This document shows positions 62,301 through 64,000 of a stretch of DNA of 64,000 bases, one piece after another (positions within the stretch are counted from its first letter, which is position 1; each line of letters starts with the position of its first letter). The translations under genes were made by a program, and so were the position numbers. This DNA is from Mobula hypostoma. Taxonomy: Eukaryota. The notes under the pieces are model-generated. The model saw only the letters and a list, made by a program, of their open reading frames with translations, did no database searches and was not told the origin of the DNA. The DNA lies in the NCBI RefSeq assembly GCF_963921235.1, contig NC_086108.1:48300001-48364000 (forward strand). Reading direction: 5' to 3'.

Positions 62301-63212
62301 TTAACATTTTTAGTTTAATTTATCAAAACTATTTATTTAAACCTTCACTTAGTGATCCTACCTTTTCTCTTTGGAGGAATAAAGGATTTTTTTCCTTTAT
62401 GGACTTGTTTCAAGAAGGTTGATTGATGTCCTTTCAGAAATTAGTAACTAAATACTCTCTCTCATATTCATGTTTTTTGCAATATCTTCAGTTCAGACAT
62501 TTCTTACAAGAATATTTAAGTAATTTTCCATATATACAAGACTCTGACATGTTAGACATTATTTTACAAATGAACCCTTTAGTGAAAGGTTTTATTGGGA
62601 AAATTTATAATTTACTATTACAACAGGATAATTATCCTTTACTTAAGATTAAGCAAGATTGGGAAAGAGAACTTAATATGACCTTGATAACAGAGGATTG
62701 GTTGAGAAATTTGAAGCTGGTTAACTCTTCTTCGATTTGTGCCAGTCATTCTGTAATTCAATTTAAAATTGTACATCGTTATTATTTGACAAAGGAGAGA
62801 TTGTCTAAAATATTTCCTAATGTAAATAGTCAGTGTGATAGATGCAAAACTGAGATAGCTACATTGACACATACGTTTTGGTCATGTTCTGTATTGAAAC
62901 AGTTTTGGAAATCTGTTTTTTCTACAATCTCTAAAGCTTTAAAAATCAATTTACAACCTAATAAATTGACAGTTTTATTTGGTATAATTCCTCAACATAT
63001 TCATGGTATTTCTATATCTGACCAATACATAATTGCATTTGTCACATTATTGGCTAGAATGGAAAGATGCCTCTGCTCCCACTTTGATACAATGGTTCTC
63101 TCAGGTGATGTTATGTCTTAGTTTGGAAAAAATTAGAAGTCGAACTTTTGATCCTAAATTTGACTTCGAGAAAAGGTGGGGTTCTTTTGCCTGTTATTAT
63201 CATTTGACTTGA
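59396..63212 (+). pseudogene. L1 ORF2p (APE endonuclease, RT, CCHC), several frameshifts/stops
   Basis: SWNV, QE.H, GGDFN, SRIDY, SDHAP; GKAPGLDG, YRPISLLNVD, SLDAEKAFD, GTRQGCPLSP, LYADD; CDRC..THTFWSC. Confidence 0.93.
61467..61525 (-). mobile_element. 59-bp Penelope pLTR insertion inside the L1 RT, 11-bp TSD
   Basis: TSD CTATTCATAAG at 61456-61466 and 61526-61536; the insert is the reverse complement of about 14334-14392. Confidence 0.92.
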
Positions 63213-63828
63213 GTTAATAAAGATGGTCCTTTTCTGATGCTTGGGTATATGGATTTGGTTGGCAGTTTGATGTCTTTTTTTTTAATGGAAGCTTGTATGG
63301 CGCATAGCTCCGGGTTCGTGCTCCAAATGTTTTTTTTTCCCTTTTTTTAGTTATTAGGGGTTTTCTCTGTTTTAGTTAGTAGGTGTTCTTTTTTTTCTTT
63401 CTTTCCTTTTTTCCATAGCTTTAATACTTTGTTTTTTTGATTATTATTGATATACTGTTTAGCCTGGTTGATAGTTTAACTCTTACTCTACATATAGATA
63501 TGTTATCTTGATTATTTTGATGTATTTTTCTCTCTTGTTGATTTTCAATAATAATTAATAAAAATATTTAAAAGGAAAAGAATCTGTGGAATTCTCTGCC
63601 CAATGAAGCAGTGGAGGCTACCTCAGTAAATATAATTAAGACAAGATTGGATAGATTTTTGCTTAGTAGGGGAATTAAGTGTTATTGGGAAAAGGCAGGT
63701 AAGTGGAGATGAGTCCATGGCCAAATCAGTCATGATCTTATTTACTGGTGGAGCAGGTTTGACAAGCCAGATAACCTATTCCTGCTCCTATTTCTTATGT
63801 TCTGACGTTTATGGGTTTGATGTCCATT

Positions 63829-63890
63829 TATGCAGAGGGGAAGATGCTATTCCCGAATCGTATGCAGAGGGGAAAATGTGATTCCCGAAT
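63829..63890. repeat. Short imperfect tandem duplication (about 32-nt unit)
   Basis: TATGCAGAGGGGAAGATGCTATTCCCGAAT / TATGCAGAGGGGAAAATGTGATTCCCGAAT. Confidence 0.8.
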
Positions 63891-64000
63891 TGCTGAGTGT
63901 GTGCCTTTAGGCTTCTGTACCTCCTTCCCAAAGGTGACAATGAGAAAAGGGCATGCCCTAGGTGATAGGGGTCCTTAATAATGGACATCGCCTTTCGGTG

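Larger units (their letters stand above)
57638..63579 (+). mobile_element. Full-length, decayed fish-type L1 LINE (about 5.9 kb) with 12-bp TSD
   Basis: TSD GAATCTGTGGAA at 57626-57637 and 63580-63591; starts with GGG; ORF1, long AT-rich spacer, ORF2; AATAAA and A-rich tail. Inserted into a CR1 3' fragment (about 57540-57637 and 63580-63805). Confidence 0.95.

Overview
Vertebrate genomic DNA, most likely a cartilaginous fish (inferred from the HE1/V-SINE, CR1, Rex1/Babar, Penelope and fish-L1 repeat mix). The window holds 14 consecutive + strand coding exons (803-43316; 2235 nt, 745 codons) of hemicentin-1 (HMCN1). They encode 8 tandem I-set Ig domains, all introns are GT-AG and the phases are consistent. 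The next exon was not found before the window end. The introns are densely filled with nested transposable elements: CR1 and Rex1/Babar LINEs, a full-length but decayed L1, two Penelope-like families, a Sleeping Beauty-like Tc1 element built from two right ends, Tigger, Harbinger and Tc1 MITEs, Gypsy remnants, a solo LTR, an RLE-type (HERO/NeSL-like) fragment and tRNA-derived SINEs. The most interesting signals are: (i) minimal hammerhead ribozymes in Penelope pseudo-LTRs, two of them intact in the HMCN1 sense strand on either side of one exon; (ii) tiny fold-back Penelope insertions with clean TSDs and a shared 3' junction; (iii) the double-right-end SB-like transposon. No prokaryotic-type system (CRISPR etc.) is present. 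Exon boundaries and TSDs were read base by base. Boundaries of decayed repeats are approximate, and family names come from recalled motifs, not database searches.
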